Shown here piece by piece: positions 23,771-36,235 of a stretch of 64,000 nucleotides of DNA. Origin of the DNA: Octopus vulgaris (Eukaryota); NCBI GenBank assembly GCA_951406725.2, contig OX597828.1, positions 74,958,001 to 75,022,000 on the forward strand, read 5' to 3'. The translations under genes and the position numbers were made by a program. The notes under the pieces are model-generated. The model saw only the letters and a list, made by a program, of their open reading frames with translations, was not told the DNA's origin and did not search any database. Position 1 is the stretch's first letter; every line of letters starts with the position of its first letter.

Positions 23771-25219
23771 CCGTGTACTGGCATGTGTCCGTCCAAGTTG
23801 TGTACATGACTGTTACTTTGCTGAAGGTTGTATACATATTTACATATATGTTTGTATAGACGCACACACATATATATATATGTGTGTGGGTGTGTGTTTG
23901 TTCCTCTCATCATCGTCTAACCGTGAATGGATACAATGCCTAGGTGCAACTGTTCGTATCAAACAACGTCTGCTCATACCGTTGTATATAACTGCACATA
24001 CGCATTGCAACCTGTATGTAAGGACTACAGGTGAAAGGGAGAGAGAGAGAGGGGTGGTTGTGTTTTGACAAAATTCTTTCTCAAAATCAATTGCCTCCAT
24101 TTTTAACTAAAAACATTATTATTGTAGTATATGTTGATAAAACAATGTTATTTTATTGTTACTATAAGTATTTTTATTCATACTAATGAAGTATATTCAA
24201 TTTTGTTGGGATTTTTATTTGGTGTGCCGCAAAATAAACTTTCCTCACCCAGTGTGTCGCAAGGTGAAAAAGTTTAGCAGACACTGCTCCAACCCATGCT
24301 AGCATGGAAAGCAGACGCTAAATGACGAAGACGAATACTCGATACCTGCAGAAAGAGACAAAATGGCAGGGCGGCTCATGGCTGGAACGCTTTTAATCAA
24401 ATGCCTGGTCAATGGAGGGAGAACCTAGGGTTAAACAACGGCGACAATTCATAGTCGAAAGATGTACAGAAGGGGCTTAACTCTGTGCAAGAAATGTTGC
24501 AAGGGAAGTAAGTTAGCATGTTTTTCAAAGGGACATAACTCTGAAACTATTTCTAATTTAAGCATCTACGCGAAGATAAGTTTAAGACACGTTCTTTCAC
24601 TTGTTTCAGTCATTTGACTGCGGCCATGCCGGAGCATACATGTAAGCGTTGCTGTATGGTAAGAAGCTCGCTTCCCAACCACATGGTACCGGGTTCAGTC
24701 CCACTGCGTGGCACCTTGCGAAAATGCGTCTTCTACTGTAGCCTCAGGCCAACCAAAGCCTTGTGAGTGGATTTGGTAGGCAGAAACTGAAAGAGCCTTG
24801 CCGTGTGTATATCTGTAGTTGGAGGGAGAGTAGGCGATGACTGACAGCACAGAAAGAATCAAAGCACAACAAAGTGGTAATAACACAATTGAGAGGGGGA
24901 GGGAGATGACGTTTGGGTGAGTAGGTTTCAAGATGGTGGGGAAGGGAAGATTATTTGGTAGTACTGTGAACTGTGAATGGAGAGGGACAGTCTTAATTGT
25001 GGAGGGATGTCAATTAAACTGGTTGCGGGTGAGAAAGGTAACTGGAAGAAATACGGAATTCTACGCTCAATTACAACAGCAGCAGCAGAGTACTGCAGTT
25101 AGGAGTGTGATGAGGGGACCAGTGACGAATGATGAGTGGTGGGATAGGTGTATGGAGGAAATTGGGAGAGGAGCCCAGTTGTATGTGTATGTGCATAGGC
25201 TTATACACACAGTGTAAGA

Positions 25220-27060
25220 TTCCCAGTTTCACCAAGATGGGTGGGTTTTCTCCTGCACCGTATACGTGGGTGGCCAGGGATCTTTTCCCTGAGGGGTTGT
25301 CAGAGGTGTTTTACTCTACTGTGAGTATTTCAGGGACAAGAATCTTCCCCTTGAAATCCTTTTGGTCACTGATGATGCCCCAGCTCATTTGATTGCTGGA
25401 ACAGTTTAACTTTGTAAAAGTGCATTTCCTGTCTCCCAACGGAATTTCCTTTCTCTGGTCCATGGAGCAGCTGATCAGTTCTAATTAAAAAAAAAACTCT
25501 GTACAAAGACTCTCTTTAGAAAGTGGTCTGATTCCACCCCCTTCCTGTGATTTGACACTGAAGGAATTTTGGAAAATTCAGATTAATATTACTGCTGTAG
25601 TTAAAGCAGCAAACTAGCAGAATCATTAACATGCCAGGCAAAATGCTTCGTGGTATTTTGTCTATCTTTACATTCTGAGTTCAAATCCCACCAAGGTCAT
25701 CTTGATAAAAGTAGTACCAGTTACACACTGGGGTTAACATAATCGCCTTTCCTGAAATTGCTAGCCTTATGTCAAAACTTGAAACTATTGTTTTTTGTTT
25801 TTTTTTAAATCGAGACATCATCCAATCAGGCTGATTGCCAGGGCCAGCCCCACTACCTCTCTCCATCCCTCCCAATCTTCCATTAGTGTTCTTACATCTT
25901 CAACTTGGCATCCAACATCTGCAAGCTGTTGTATATATGTCTTCCGTGGTCTTCCCGCCGCTGTGGTTTCATGATTTGGTGTCCACAGCAACACATCACT
26001 CACCAGTTCTTCTTTACTTCTCCACCAGTGGCCAGCAAACCTCAATCTCCGCTCTTGGATGGTTGGTCAGAGAGTTGGTGCATTCCCATAAAATGGCAAT
26101 GTATTAAATTGAGACTTGGTACATTTCCATAAAATGTTGGAATAAAATCTCTAAATTGGTCAAGGAATGTCACCCTGACATATCGGCATTGGAGCTGGGC
26201 CTGAAATACTTCAATGACAAAACAATGCCCTACTTTTGTTTGAGGGTGTGCTGGAATGTTCCTAGCTTGGGGGAAAAGAGAATACAGGAGAAGCAGTTAA
26301 TTATAATGATTTTATTCAACATATTTGGCCTGCTGTGCTTACCTTGGATCGTAGGGTGACCTGTTGTGCTTGAGGAGATCTACTGAGTCAGGTACATCAA
26401 AACAAAATCAAATGGAAATTGTAGTTGTGATACCCATGCTGGTGGAAAGTAAAAAGCACCATCTGAATGTGGCTGATGCAAGTGCTGCCTCTACAGGCGT
26501 CCGTGCCGTTGGCACTTAAAAGACACTCACTACACTCACGGAATGGTTGGCGTTAGGAAGGGCATCCAGCTGTAGAAACCCTGCCAGATCAGACTGGAGC
26601 CTGGTGCAGCCTTCTGGCTTCTCAGACCCCGGTTGAACCGTCCAATCCATGCCAGCATGGAAAATGGACGTTAAACGATGATGATGATGATGATGATTCT
26701 CTCAGATTCTCACACTCATTGCAGCTGTCCTTCAGTTTTTCTAAGTCCTGTAAAAAGAACTCAAAATGTTGGGTCTCCAACCAGGCCTTTCACAACACCC
26801 TTTAAAACCAGGAACTTTTCAGGATCCCTTTTGTAATGTATGGAAATCCAAGTTAAAGCAATCAACCCTGGATGCCTTTTTTGACAAAGAGGGTGGAGCA
26901 ATCTTCAACTGCAGTAGAATCTTCAGGACCTCCAAAAACAAACAAAAACCTGACCAAAGATGGTTAGGAAGAGCGACCCTTCTTCTCCCTCGTCTGCTTC
27001 CTCCATGCGTACTGAAACACCTACCACACTTAAGGTAAGTGTATATTTATTTATATATGT
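25220..27060 (+). mobile_element. Tigger/pogo-like transposase relic with nested SINE and RTE insertions
   Basis: VHFLSPN..SMEQLISSN*KKKLCTKTLFRK resembles Tigger FLPPNTT..QPMDQ..I.NFK.LY; C-terminal HPD....LKYFND..M..F and KQSTLDAFF. Confidence 0.65.
25815..26110 (-). mobile_element. RTE-clade LINE 3' fragment
   Basis: ORF 25818-26045 RFAGHWWRSKEELVSDVLLW.P...GRPRKTYIQQL...MEDWEGWR, a typical RTE C-terminus. Confidence 0.8.
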
Positions 27061-27124
27061 ATTTTTACTTTATTTCTTTATTTGCTCTTTATGCAATTGT
27101 TTATTTGTCTAGCATCTGTTTTGC

Positions 27125-27620
27125 TGATGTGGCCGGTGACAGTACCGCCTAATTGGCACTCGTGGCAGTGGACGTTAAAAGCACATCTAAGCATGATCAT
27201 TGCCAGGGCCACGGAGTGGCTCCTGTGCTGGTGGCATGTGAAAAGCACCATTCTAGCGTGATTGTTGCCAGTGTCTCCTTACTGGAACATGTGCCAGTGG
27301 CATGTGGAAAACAACATTTGAGCGTGGTCGTTGCCAGTGCCACCGGATTGGCTCCCGTGCAGGTAGCACGTAAAAAACACCTTTTAAGTGTGGTCATTGC
27401 CGGAACTGCCTGACTGGCCCTCTTGCCGGTGGCATGTAAAAAAAAGCACCCACTACACTCTCAGAGTGGTTGGCGTTAGGAAGGGCATCCACCTGTAGAA
27501 ACTTTGCCAGATCAGATTGAGCCTGGTACAGCCTCTGTCTCACCAGTCGTCAGTCAAACTGTCCAACCCATGCCAGCATGGGAAGCGGATGTTAAATGAT
27601 GATGATGATGACGACGATGA
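27125..27620 (+). mobile_element. RTE 3' UTR with about five double-hairpin repeat units and (TGA)n tail
   Basis: Repeated GCCAG..CTGGC / GTGC..GTGGCA.GTAAAAAGCACC units, then GGCGTTAGGAAGGGCATCC and the tail. Confidence 0.75.
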
Positions 27621-27839
27621 ATACTAGCTAAATGATAACTAAGTTATTTTACTAAATTCTTTGTTAGATTTAAAATTTATTGAAAGAAACACAGAGCATC
27701 TCAAAATAAATACAGTAACGAAAGGGTTAAATAAGTTTATTGTATTGATTTTAGTTGGAAATTGCACAAGAATAATTAAAATGTACTCCTTGACATTCAA
27801 TTCTTCATCTACACTCCTTTGTTTGCATTCGGCAAGTAA

Positions 27840-28946
27840 AATGTTTCAATATGGCTGCTAACAGGCAAAGTGAGATTTTGTAGCTCTGTAAAAGAGCAGG
27901 ACGTAGCAGCAAAGACGTGGCTTCAGGGTTGGTGTTGATTCCAAAATAGACTATAATGTCCTGAAGCACTCCAGTGAAATAGATTCAATTGACAGCAATC
28001 CCATTTTTGGTCGAAAAGGATCCATAAGGACGAAACAATTGGCGGATGTTCTCTGAAAGAGAGGGTCATGAAATCTATGGCAGAGCATGAGGCAAATGGT
28101 TAAAAGGCTCAATATCTCCCCACACAGCCATGCAACAGGTTGTACATAAAGACTTGAATTGCAACATCGGCACCTAATTTCAGCCACTTCCAAAGCAAAG
28201 TGACTGGACAGGTGCAAATAAAATGGTGGAGGGGATTCAGAGTGCAGGTGACGATGTGACATTCACTGTGGAGGCTGTAGCGGACAGGATTTTGGCCATG
28301 AGGTCAGATGCTGTTCCCAAAGGTACCTGTAAGGTGTTTTGCCAAATGAAAGCCTCTAGAATGATGGTTTGGGCAACAGTGTTGTCCGATGGTGGAAAAT
28401 CTCCTCTGGTGTCCATTAGAGAAGGGATGAAGATCAATTTGGCAATTCACATGAAAACGTTGGATTATAATGTTTTGCCATGGGTGACCGAAGCACTTGG
28501 ATATAATTGTGTGTTCTTGCAATATGGCACTCCTTATATGTCCAATGTGACACAGTAGAGGTGCAGGTGCTCTTTCAGCAGGTTCTGGGACAAGAATGTG
28601 TGGTCTTCTTCCCAGCCCAGGCATCAACCCTATGGACTTTGCTCTTTCATTCATTCTAGAAAGTGACTTTTCAAGTGTTTCCTACAAAAATATCACCACT
28701 CTGACGAAAGCCTCAGTTGCTTCATGATATTGTCTAAGTGAAGAAGTTGTCTGGGATTTCTTGTGGTTCTGTTCTTGGTCACCTTTGGGCAGGTGGGAAG
28801 GCTAAAGGTGAACATATTGAATGAAACATATTGTAATTTGTTACGTGACTATATTTGATTAAATCCTAAAGAATTCTTGTGTTTTGATGGCCTTTTTTAC
28901 AAATTACGACCAAAAACCAATCAGGAATTCTTTACAGCGCACCCTG
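27840..28946 (+). mobile_element. Tc1/maT-like transposase relic
   Basis: MMVWATVLSDGGKSPLV...MKIN...LPW....VFLQYGTP; right end GCACCCTG. Confidence 0.7.
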
Positions 28947-29769
28947 CCAAAGTGTCATGAGATGGGAAAAGTAGAAGGTGCAAGAACAACTGGTTGTTTA
29001 GGGTTTGTCGTAAGCATAGTAAGGCTTCAAAAATTGTTTCCTGCGGGAGTGCTAAGCGTTTGTCTCCCAAGAAATGTCACTCTGGAGATCTTCCAAATTC
29101 CTGCCCCTACATCATCATCATCATCATCATCATCGTTTAGCATCCGTTTTCCATGCTAGCATGGGTTGGACGGTTCTACTGGGGTCTGTGAAGCCAAAGA
29201 AAGTAGTTAGAATTCTGCCAAGAGCTAGAAGAAGTGCTAACTCACAAATCTACTTGCGCCATAGTGGTGGGAAATGCCAATGCGTAGGTTGGAAAAGGGT
29301 GGCAGGGGGAGAAATAGATTGGAAACTTTGGATTGAAAGAGGAGAAGGTTTGATTACCATGGCAGAAGAGTACTTTACATTGGGAATAGCTTTTCCAATC
29401 TATACAAACCCATTCATAAAGTCTGTCTGTGCATGTGTGTGTAATATTTGCTTGTATTGCCCTGTGCGTGTGTGTGATAAACGATGATGTTGATATTAAG
29501 TTAGAAAGAAAATCCTGTTTCATACCATGTCGGGAAAGTAACAAATACTGCTTTGGTCTTAATTGACAGATTTAATTAAGACAATATTTCCCTGCATTAC
29601 TGCTAACATAGTCCCACCTATATAGCGCATGTGACCGGGCACCACATGTGATTTTCCCACTGAAGCTCCAAACATGAATTACTCAATAGCTGGAGCTGGC
29701 TCAACCTATCCCATGTGAATGCCACTGTGTATCCAAGTGTGTGTGTGGCAAACTGTTGATCTCTCTGGC

Positions 29770-30330
29770 CTAAATTTCTTCAGGTTTTGAAGCAAAGACA
29801 CAATCATTATTATTTTTAGCCTCTTCACAATTAATAAACTGTTTTCCCCTCCTAAAATGTTTCAATGATTGGAAAAGATGATTACCAGATTCAGTAATGT
29901 CAGTAGAGTAAGAAGGACGAGGCAAAGCTTCCATGTTTAGTGCCGTAACTTGGGCAATATTTGTTGTTGCAGGACGACAAGTTGGCAGGGCTGTTATCAT
30001 GCCAGGCACAACGCTTAGCAGCATTTTGCTCGTTTTTACGTTCTGGGCTCAAATTCTGCCGAGGTTGACTTAACCTTTCATCCTTTCAGAGTTGATGAAA
30101 TAAGTACCAGTTACGTACTGGAGTTGGTGTAATTGATTAGTCCCTTCCCCCAAAAATTTCAGGCCTTGTACCTTTAGAAGATAAGGATTATCATGTAGGA
30201 GCAACAGCCCCTTTTCAATCGACCGATGCTGGGTCCTCTTTCTGCCAATTTTTGCCAATCGTTTCCAATAGATGGCAATATTACTTGGCCTTAACTGTTT
30301 CAATTTGGTTTAACTCTTCATGGCTGATGA
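29770..30330 (-). mobile_element. Mariner transposase fragments interrupted by a SINE
   Basis: LLLLHDN and LPRPSYSTDITESGNHLFQSLKHF (decayed HPPYSPDLAPSDYHLF). Confidence 0.7.
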
Positions 30331-30749
30331 CACCCTTCCTATCCCCACCAAACACACATCTTCCTTTTTGGGTGTAGTCTAGTTTAGGGATGGGCTCTTC
30401 TCTTTCATTGGGTCCTAACTGTTCTTGTTTTCATTGAATTTGGTTATAGAGAACATACTTTTTATTTTGTCACTTGTAATCATTCTACTCAGGAGAGGTC
30501 CAAGTAGAAAGTCTGCTCTGCAATGGCGAGCAGAGGGCAGCTCTTTGAATTAGCTGAGAAGCTGTCAGATGATGAGGGACCTACTGACTAACTTTATACA
30601 CTTTATCAAGTCTATGGAGGTGCATGTGGTTGCATGTGTGTGTGTGGGCATGTGTACATGTGTATAAGTAAGTATGTATTAAAATATATGTGTAGGTATG
30701 TGAGTGTATATATGTTTCATAGTTATGCAAAAAACAAAAGGCAGAGACA

Positions 30750-31080
30750 GGTGAAGGAACAACAAACAAGGTTTATTAGTTTGACATTCAGGAGAAAAAG
30801 GAAGAATCCTTGATGTTTTGGGCCTCTGCTCTTCTACAGGAAAGAATGAAGAAAGAGCACAAATGGATAGATCTAAAAATGTGCCTAGATTAATAGGTGG
30901 CACATACTGATAAAGATCAGGTCTTGAAGAATGAAATGTCCGATGTTCTTCTGCACCAAGTTTGACAGTCATTAACTCTAATGTTTTATCTTGACAATTC
31001 TTTGTTTTGCAACATTGAAGAGTTACATCATCACTTTTTGAAATGCAATTCATGGTGTCTGGTTATATTGGGAGTTTTCT
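30750..31080 (-). mobile_element. Possible Penelope-like 3' fragment with a decayed hammerhead-like motif near 30805-30845
   Basis: Minus strand CCTGTAGAAGAGCAGAGGCCCAAAACATCAAGG resembles a mutated CTGAAGAG..CGAAACGTC; upstream ELMTVKLG weakly resembles a GIY-YIG C-terminus. Confidence 0.3.
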
Positions 31081-31084
31081 CTCG

Positions 31085-32176
31085 TAAATCAATTTTTGTG
31101 AACCCATGGATAGATCAAACATTCGCCTTGTTTATGAATATATGAGTTCCATCATGGAATCAATGCATCCCAGATAGCTCAAAACATCAATGAGGTGTTT
31201 TGGTGAAGAAGTGGTGGATGAGGGCACTGTATGTCAATGGTTTGAGAAGTTCCGGTCTGGTGACTTTACACTTGAAAATCAGCCCCATGGTAGACCTGAG
31301 CCCAAGGTGGATAACGATGAGCTGGAAACTGTAGTGGAAGCGGATACATCTCAAACTATGCATGAGTTAGCAGCAAGGTTTGATGTTTTGATTCTAACTC
31401 TATTGGACCATCTGAAACAAATTGACAAGGTAAAGAAGCTGGCCAAGTGAGTACCACACAAACTGAATGAGCATCTTGAAACTTGCTGTTCTTTGCTGGT
31501 CACGGCATAACAGCTAACCATTTTTGCATTGTATTGTTGCATGTGATGAAAATTGGATTCTTTTCAACAATAGCGAGTGTTCTGCACAGTGGTTGGATAG
31601 AAACAAAGTGCCAAAACACAATCTGAGAAAGAGTATTCACCCAAAAACGCTAATGGTGTCTGTTTGGTGGTCCAGTGCTGGTGTCATCCACTACAGCTTC
31701 ATGAGACCTGGTAAGTCAATTACAGCGAATGTATATATCAACCAATTGGATGAAATGATGAGTGAACTTGCAATTAAACAAGAGACAGGCCAATTCTCTT
31801 GCAAGACAATGCTTGACCACATGTTGCACAAAGAACGCTACTCAAGTTACAGGAACTGAACTTGGAAGTACTCTGACATCCACCATATTCACCGAGACCT
31901 TGCACCTGCTGACTATCATGTTTTCCAGGCATTAGATAACTTTTTGCAGAGAGAAACTTGAAATCTGAAGAAGATGCAAAAACAGCCTTTCCTGATTTCA
32001 CCACCAATTGCTCTCCAGAATTCTTTGCTGCCGGCATAAATAAGCTACCGATAAAATGGCAAAATTGTGTTGATAATTTAGCTGTATACTTTGATTAACT
32101 GCATTGCTTTTTGTTGAGATAAATTAAAATAAACTTTCAGTTCAAAATCAGACATCTCATTCTTAATGACCTGATA
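31085..32176 (+). mobile_element. Near full-length degenerate mariner (D,D34D-type) element
   Basis: WFEKFRSGDFTLENQPHGRP, *VPHKL, CDENWI, MVSVWWSSAGVIHY and HPPYSP..DYH.F motifs with stops and frameshifts; right TIR ends TAATGACCTGATA followed by TA. Confidence 0.9.
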
Positions 32177-32879
32177 TAAACATCCATAAATATAAACGAT
32201 GCAGTCTGAACTGACCGATGACCAATGAACTGTTGAAATCACTGTCAACAGAATCTTTAGAAATCTTTGACTCTACACCTGTCTCATCTATTCAGTCATT
32301 CAGTTAATGTTTGTTGGTTTTATGCTTATAAAAATGGTCTTTCAGCCACACTTGTACACACACGTGCATATATTCTGTTGGGGAAAAAACGCTAAAAGAA
32401 TCATTTTTTTCTTTTTTACACAATATTGATAACAAAAGTGTAGTGTGAAGCGAGATTAAATAATTTATTGCTTCCCTTCTTAAAAAATAACATAAATCAT
32501 TGATCAACAAAATTAATAGGTTTTTGAGCAAAAAAAACTGGCCATATTTAGAGTTTAGTTGAATTGCCTGGCTTCGGAGATTTCTTCAGATTTGAGTTTT
32601 TCATTCAAGTTTGAATGTTTACCATATACATTCATATATAAACTCATACACATTAACATAGATACTTGCATACATACACAGATACACACATACATGCATC
32701 CTGATGCATCTCTTTCGCATACTGTCCCAGCAGTTCTTTGCCCATTTTCCCCCCTCCCAACCACTTCTTTATTTCCTTCTTCAGCCCCAATTTCATGACT
32801 TCCTTAAGTTCCAGGTGTTATCCTAGAAAGAAGCCTATAAACAAAGTTTGATATGAAAATAGATTTGGGACAGTTTCAC

Positions 32880-33630
32880 AAAAGAGAGGCATCAGATGTT
32901 GTGGTGCAAGAGAGAAGACTGCACTGGTTTGGTCATGCAACGCATATGGATGAGGGCAGCTGCATAGAGAGGTGCTGAGCTCTAATTGTGGAGGGAACCT
33001 GTGAAAGGATTAGACCCAGGAAGACATGGAATGAAGGGGTGAGAAAGGATCCTTCGATGCTAGGTCTCAATAAGGAAATGTCAAGGGACCAGGAGATGTG
33101 GCGATTTGCTGTACATGAGGTGTGTCAGGCTAAGTAAAATTGCTGTTAGCCATAAATACTGGTTCCTTTGTAAATGTGTGTGTAAATACACATTTACACA
33201 CTCACTCACACACACACACACACACACACGTACAAACCCATATGTGTGTGTGTGCCTGTGTGCACAAGTGTGCTTGACCATACCAGGCATGTATAAAAAA
33301 TATACAATATATCCAAACAAAGAGCTTTCAAAGCTCCAAATCCATACGTATACAGACACACCTGTCCTTTATAGGTTCCAGTGCCACATAAAATGCACTC
33401 CTGCTGGTGCAGTGTTAATGCACCCCTGTGCCAGTGGCACATAAAAAGCATCCAGTACACTCTGTAAAGTGTGGTTGGCATTAGGAAGGGCATCCAGCCA
33501 TAGCAACCATCTGGCTGTAGAAACCATACCATAACAGACAACTGGAGTCTGGCCAGTTCCTTGTCAAACTCTCCAACCTATTTCAGTATGGAAGACGGAC
33601 ATTAAATGATGATGATGATGATGATGATGA
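32880..33630 (+). mobile_element. 5'-truncated RTE LINE (RT C-terminus, 3' UTR, (TGA)n tail)
   Basis: VQERRLHWFGHA.HMDE.SC...VEGTC...RPRKTW followed by the shared tail. Confidence 0.75.
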
Positions 33631-34318
33631 GGCACGAGAGGAATGAAAATGGGCTTCAAGGAAAAAACAAAATCGAAGGAAATTAAAATGTATATTCATA
33701 CCATGTGGGACAGAGGTTCTTAGGTTGAACATGAGATCATTTGCATTGCGTTTGCTGGTCTCCTATGAATTATAACATTGGAGAAGTGAGAGATGGTTAA
33801 AGTGTGGTGGTGGTGGTGGTGATGGGGACAAGATGAGATCTTTTATCCTTTACTTGTATCAGTAAACAGTGTCTGGAGCTTGAGGTTCTCATCATCAGGT
33901 GGCTGACAGTGTGACAGAAGAGCGGTGGTCAAGCTAATGGCTTGGGCTTAGTAGAGGGTAGTGTCCATGAGGTGTTCAGTGTGTGTGTGTCTATGGTTAC
34001 CTCTTGTTTAAAGAATCAATACATTTGTTTTAACTTTGCTATCAAAGTTTGGTGTGTGGTGGGGAGGTCTTTGTTACAGAGGATTGTAACAGGACAAGTG
34101 AATTTCTACTGCTGTACATACACTAATGTATAGAGACATACGTACATACATGCATATACACAGACATTAGCTTGCTTACATACATGTATGTATATTTGTA
34201 TACATGTGTGTATGTATATATACATATGTATACACACATACATACATGCACACATGTATTCCTATATATTTGAAATAGATCATTTTTCAGTTGAACCAAC
34301 TGAGAGATGGATAGATAG

Positions 34319-34352
<34 letters not shown>

Positions 34353-35679
34353 ATGCCATCTCCAGTGAAGAATAAAGTTATAAATCTGGCAGTTTGGACT
34401 CTAACTACACACACACACGTCTTTGTGTATGCATACATATTAATATATATATAGTATGTGTATACATATGTGTGTGTTTGTGAGTGTGTGTGTGTGTTTG
34501 TGTGTAAGTAAAAATGTGGCTGGCAAGTTGAATGCCAGCAAAGTGCCAGTGTCTGTTGTGAAATGACGGCATGTGATTAATAGTTTGGGTTTAGTTGAGT
34601 GGATTTGTAGCTTTGCAGGTCTTTGTTTGGATTTATTGGACGTCTTTATACATGTCTGGCATGGTTGAGCACACACACACGCACCGACTCATACACATGC
34701 ATGTATGTATGTATGTGTGTGGGTGTGTGTGTGAGAGAGAGAGAGAGAGATGACACAAACATACAGATGTGTTTTATTTTTAAAATATACGCTCTGTAAA
34801 CTTACATATATTATGTTTAATATCTAACATTCATGTACTCATTCCCATGTGTTTGTGTATATATATACACACACACACACACACACAGACTTGCAAAATG
34901 ATATTGATGTATAGATACATCTGTACAATACTTTAGTGTATAGTAAGCAATATTTTATGTTGTGGCAAACCAAATTCATTCTCATGATGTGTGTGTGTGT
35001 TCTTGTTGCATATTTTTCAAATTTCTCACCAAGAGAGAAAGACTTTCTTCATAGCTCAGAAACTGTGTTCTTTCGTCGTTGGTATTTAGTCAATATCATC
35101 CAGCTGGTCGTGTGTGTATGTATGTGTTTGTGTGTGCAGATATGCACACTTGCATCCATGCATCTATTTTCATTGTAGTTGTTTTGAAGAGAAAATTACG
35201 GTCATAGCACCTCCATCTGATCTACAAAACCATACTTACCTACACACACACACACACACACACATATACTTATATACATACACATATATGCACGTATACA
35301 TACATATAAGCACATATATATATTCATACATATTCCTAGCTACATGGTTTCGGGTTCAGTCCCACTGCGTGGCACATTGGGTAGGTGTCTTCCACTATAG
35401 CCCCGAGCCGACCGGAGCTTTGTGATTGAATTCGGTTGGTGGAAGTTACTGCCGTGTGTGTATGTGTGCGTATAGCTGCTCAGTGCCTCTCCGAAAGAAA
35501 GAGAGGGATACACACACACACACTTATAATACATACACATAACTGCACATATACATATATTCATACATACACACATATACTTATATACATACACACATAA
35601 TACATACATACCCACATACATGCTTATGTATGTATGGTTTTAGATCAGTCAGACAATTCCATGAAAAATGTAGCAATAA

Positions 35680-36235
35680 TAAAACGGAAATTGTAGTTGT
35701 GACCGATGCCTGTGCCGCCTGACTGGCTCCCTGTGCCAGTGGCACATAAAAAGCACCATCCAAACATGGCCGGTTCCAGTGCCGCCTGACTGGCTCGCAA
35801 TAAGCACAATTCATGCATGGGCCGTTGCCAGTGCCGCCTGACTGGCTCTCTAAGCCAGTGGCACGTAAAAAGCATTATCAAAAGGTGGCCAATATCAGTG
35901 CCGCCTGACTGGCTTCTGTTCTGGTGGCATGCAATAAGCACCATTCATGTGTGGGTTGTTGCTAGTACCACCTGACTGGCTCCCTGTGCCAGTGGCACAT
36001 AAAAAGCATCATCCGAATGTGACCGATGCCAGTGCTGCCTGACTGGCTCCTCTGTCAGTGGCATGTAAAAAGCACTTGTTACACTCTTGGAGTGGTTGGC
36101 GTTAGGAAGGGCATCCAGCTATAGAAACATTGCCAGATCCGATTGTGGCCTGGTAAGGCCTCTTGGCTTGCCAGTCCCCAGTCAATCCGTCCAACCCATG
36201 CCAGCATGGAAAACAGACGTTAAACGATGAGGATA
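35680..36235 (+). mobile_element. RTE 3' UTR with six double-hairpin units (mostly about 65 bp)
   Basis: Repeated (GCCA)GTGCCGCCTGACTGGC + GTGCCAGTGGCAC.TAAAAAGCA, then the shared tail. Confidence 0.8.

Larger units (their letters stand above)
20307..24286 (+). mobile_element. Degenerate hAT (Buster/ZBED5-ZBED8-like) DNA transposon with intact TIRs and nested insertions
   Basis: TIRs CAGTGTCTGCCAAACT / AGTTTAGCAGACACTG (one mismatch); TSD ctttaacc / ctccaacc; transposase relics RLFASLCENMDYDFKHLLLHTEV*WPSKGKVL and the dimerisation domain EFWVSL..Y.RLS..AVKSLLLFGASYLC (22474-22830). Confidence 0.9.

Noticed and set aside
22918-23913. Overlapping MYVC/HTYI ORFs
   Set aside because: Translations of (TATG)n microsatellites.
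35700-36080. CRISPR-like repeat/spacer appearance (also 27125-27450 and 49000-49315)
   Set aside because: The spacers are homologous to one another, there are no cas genes, the context is eukaryotic, and the arrays are part of an RTE 3' UTR.
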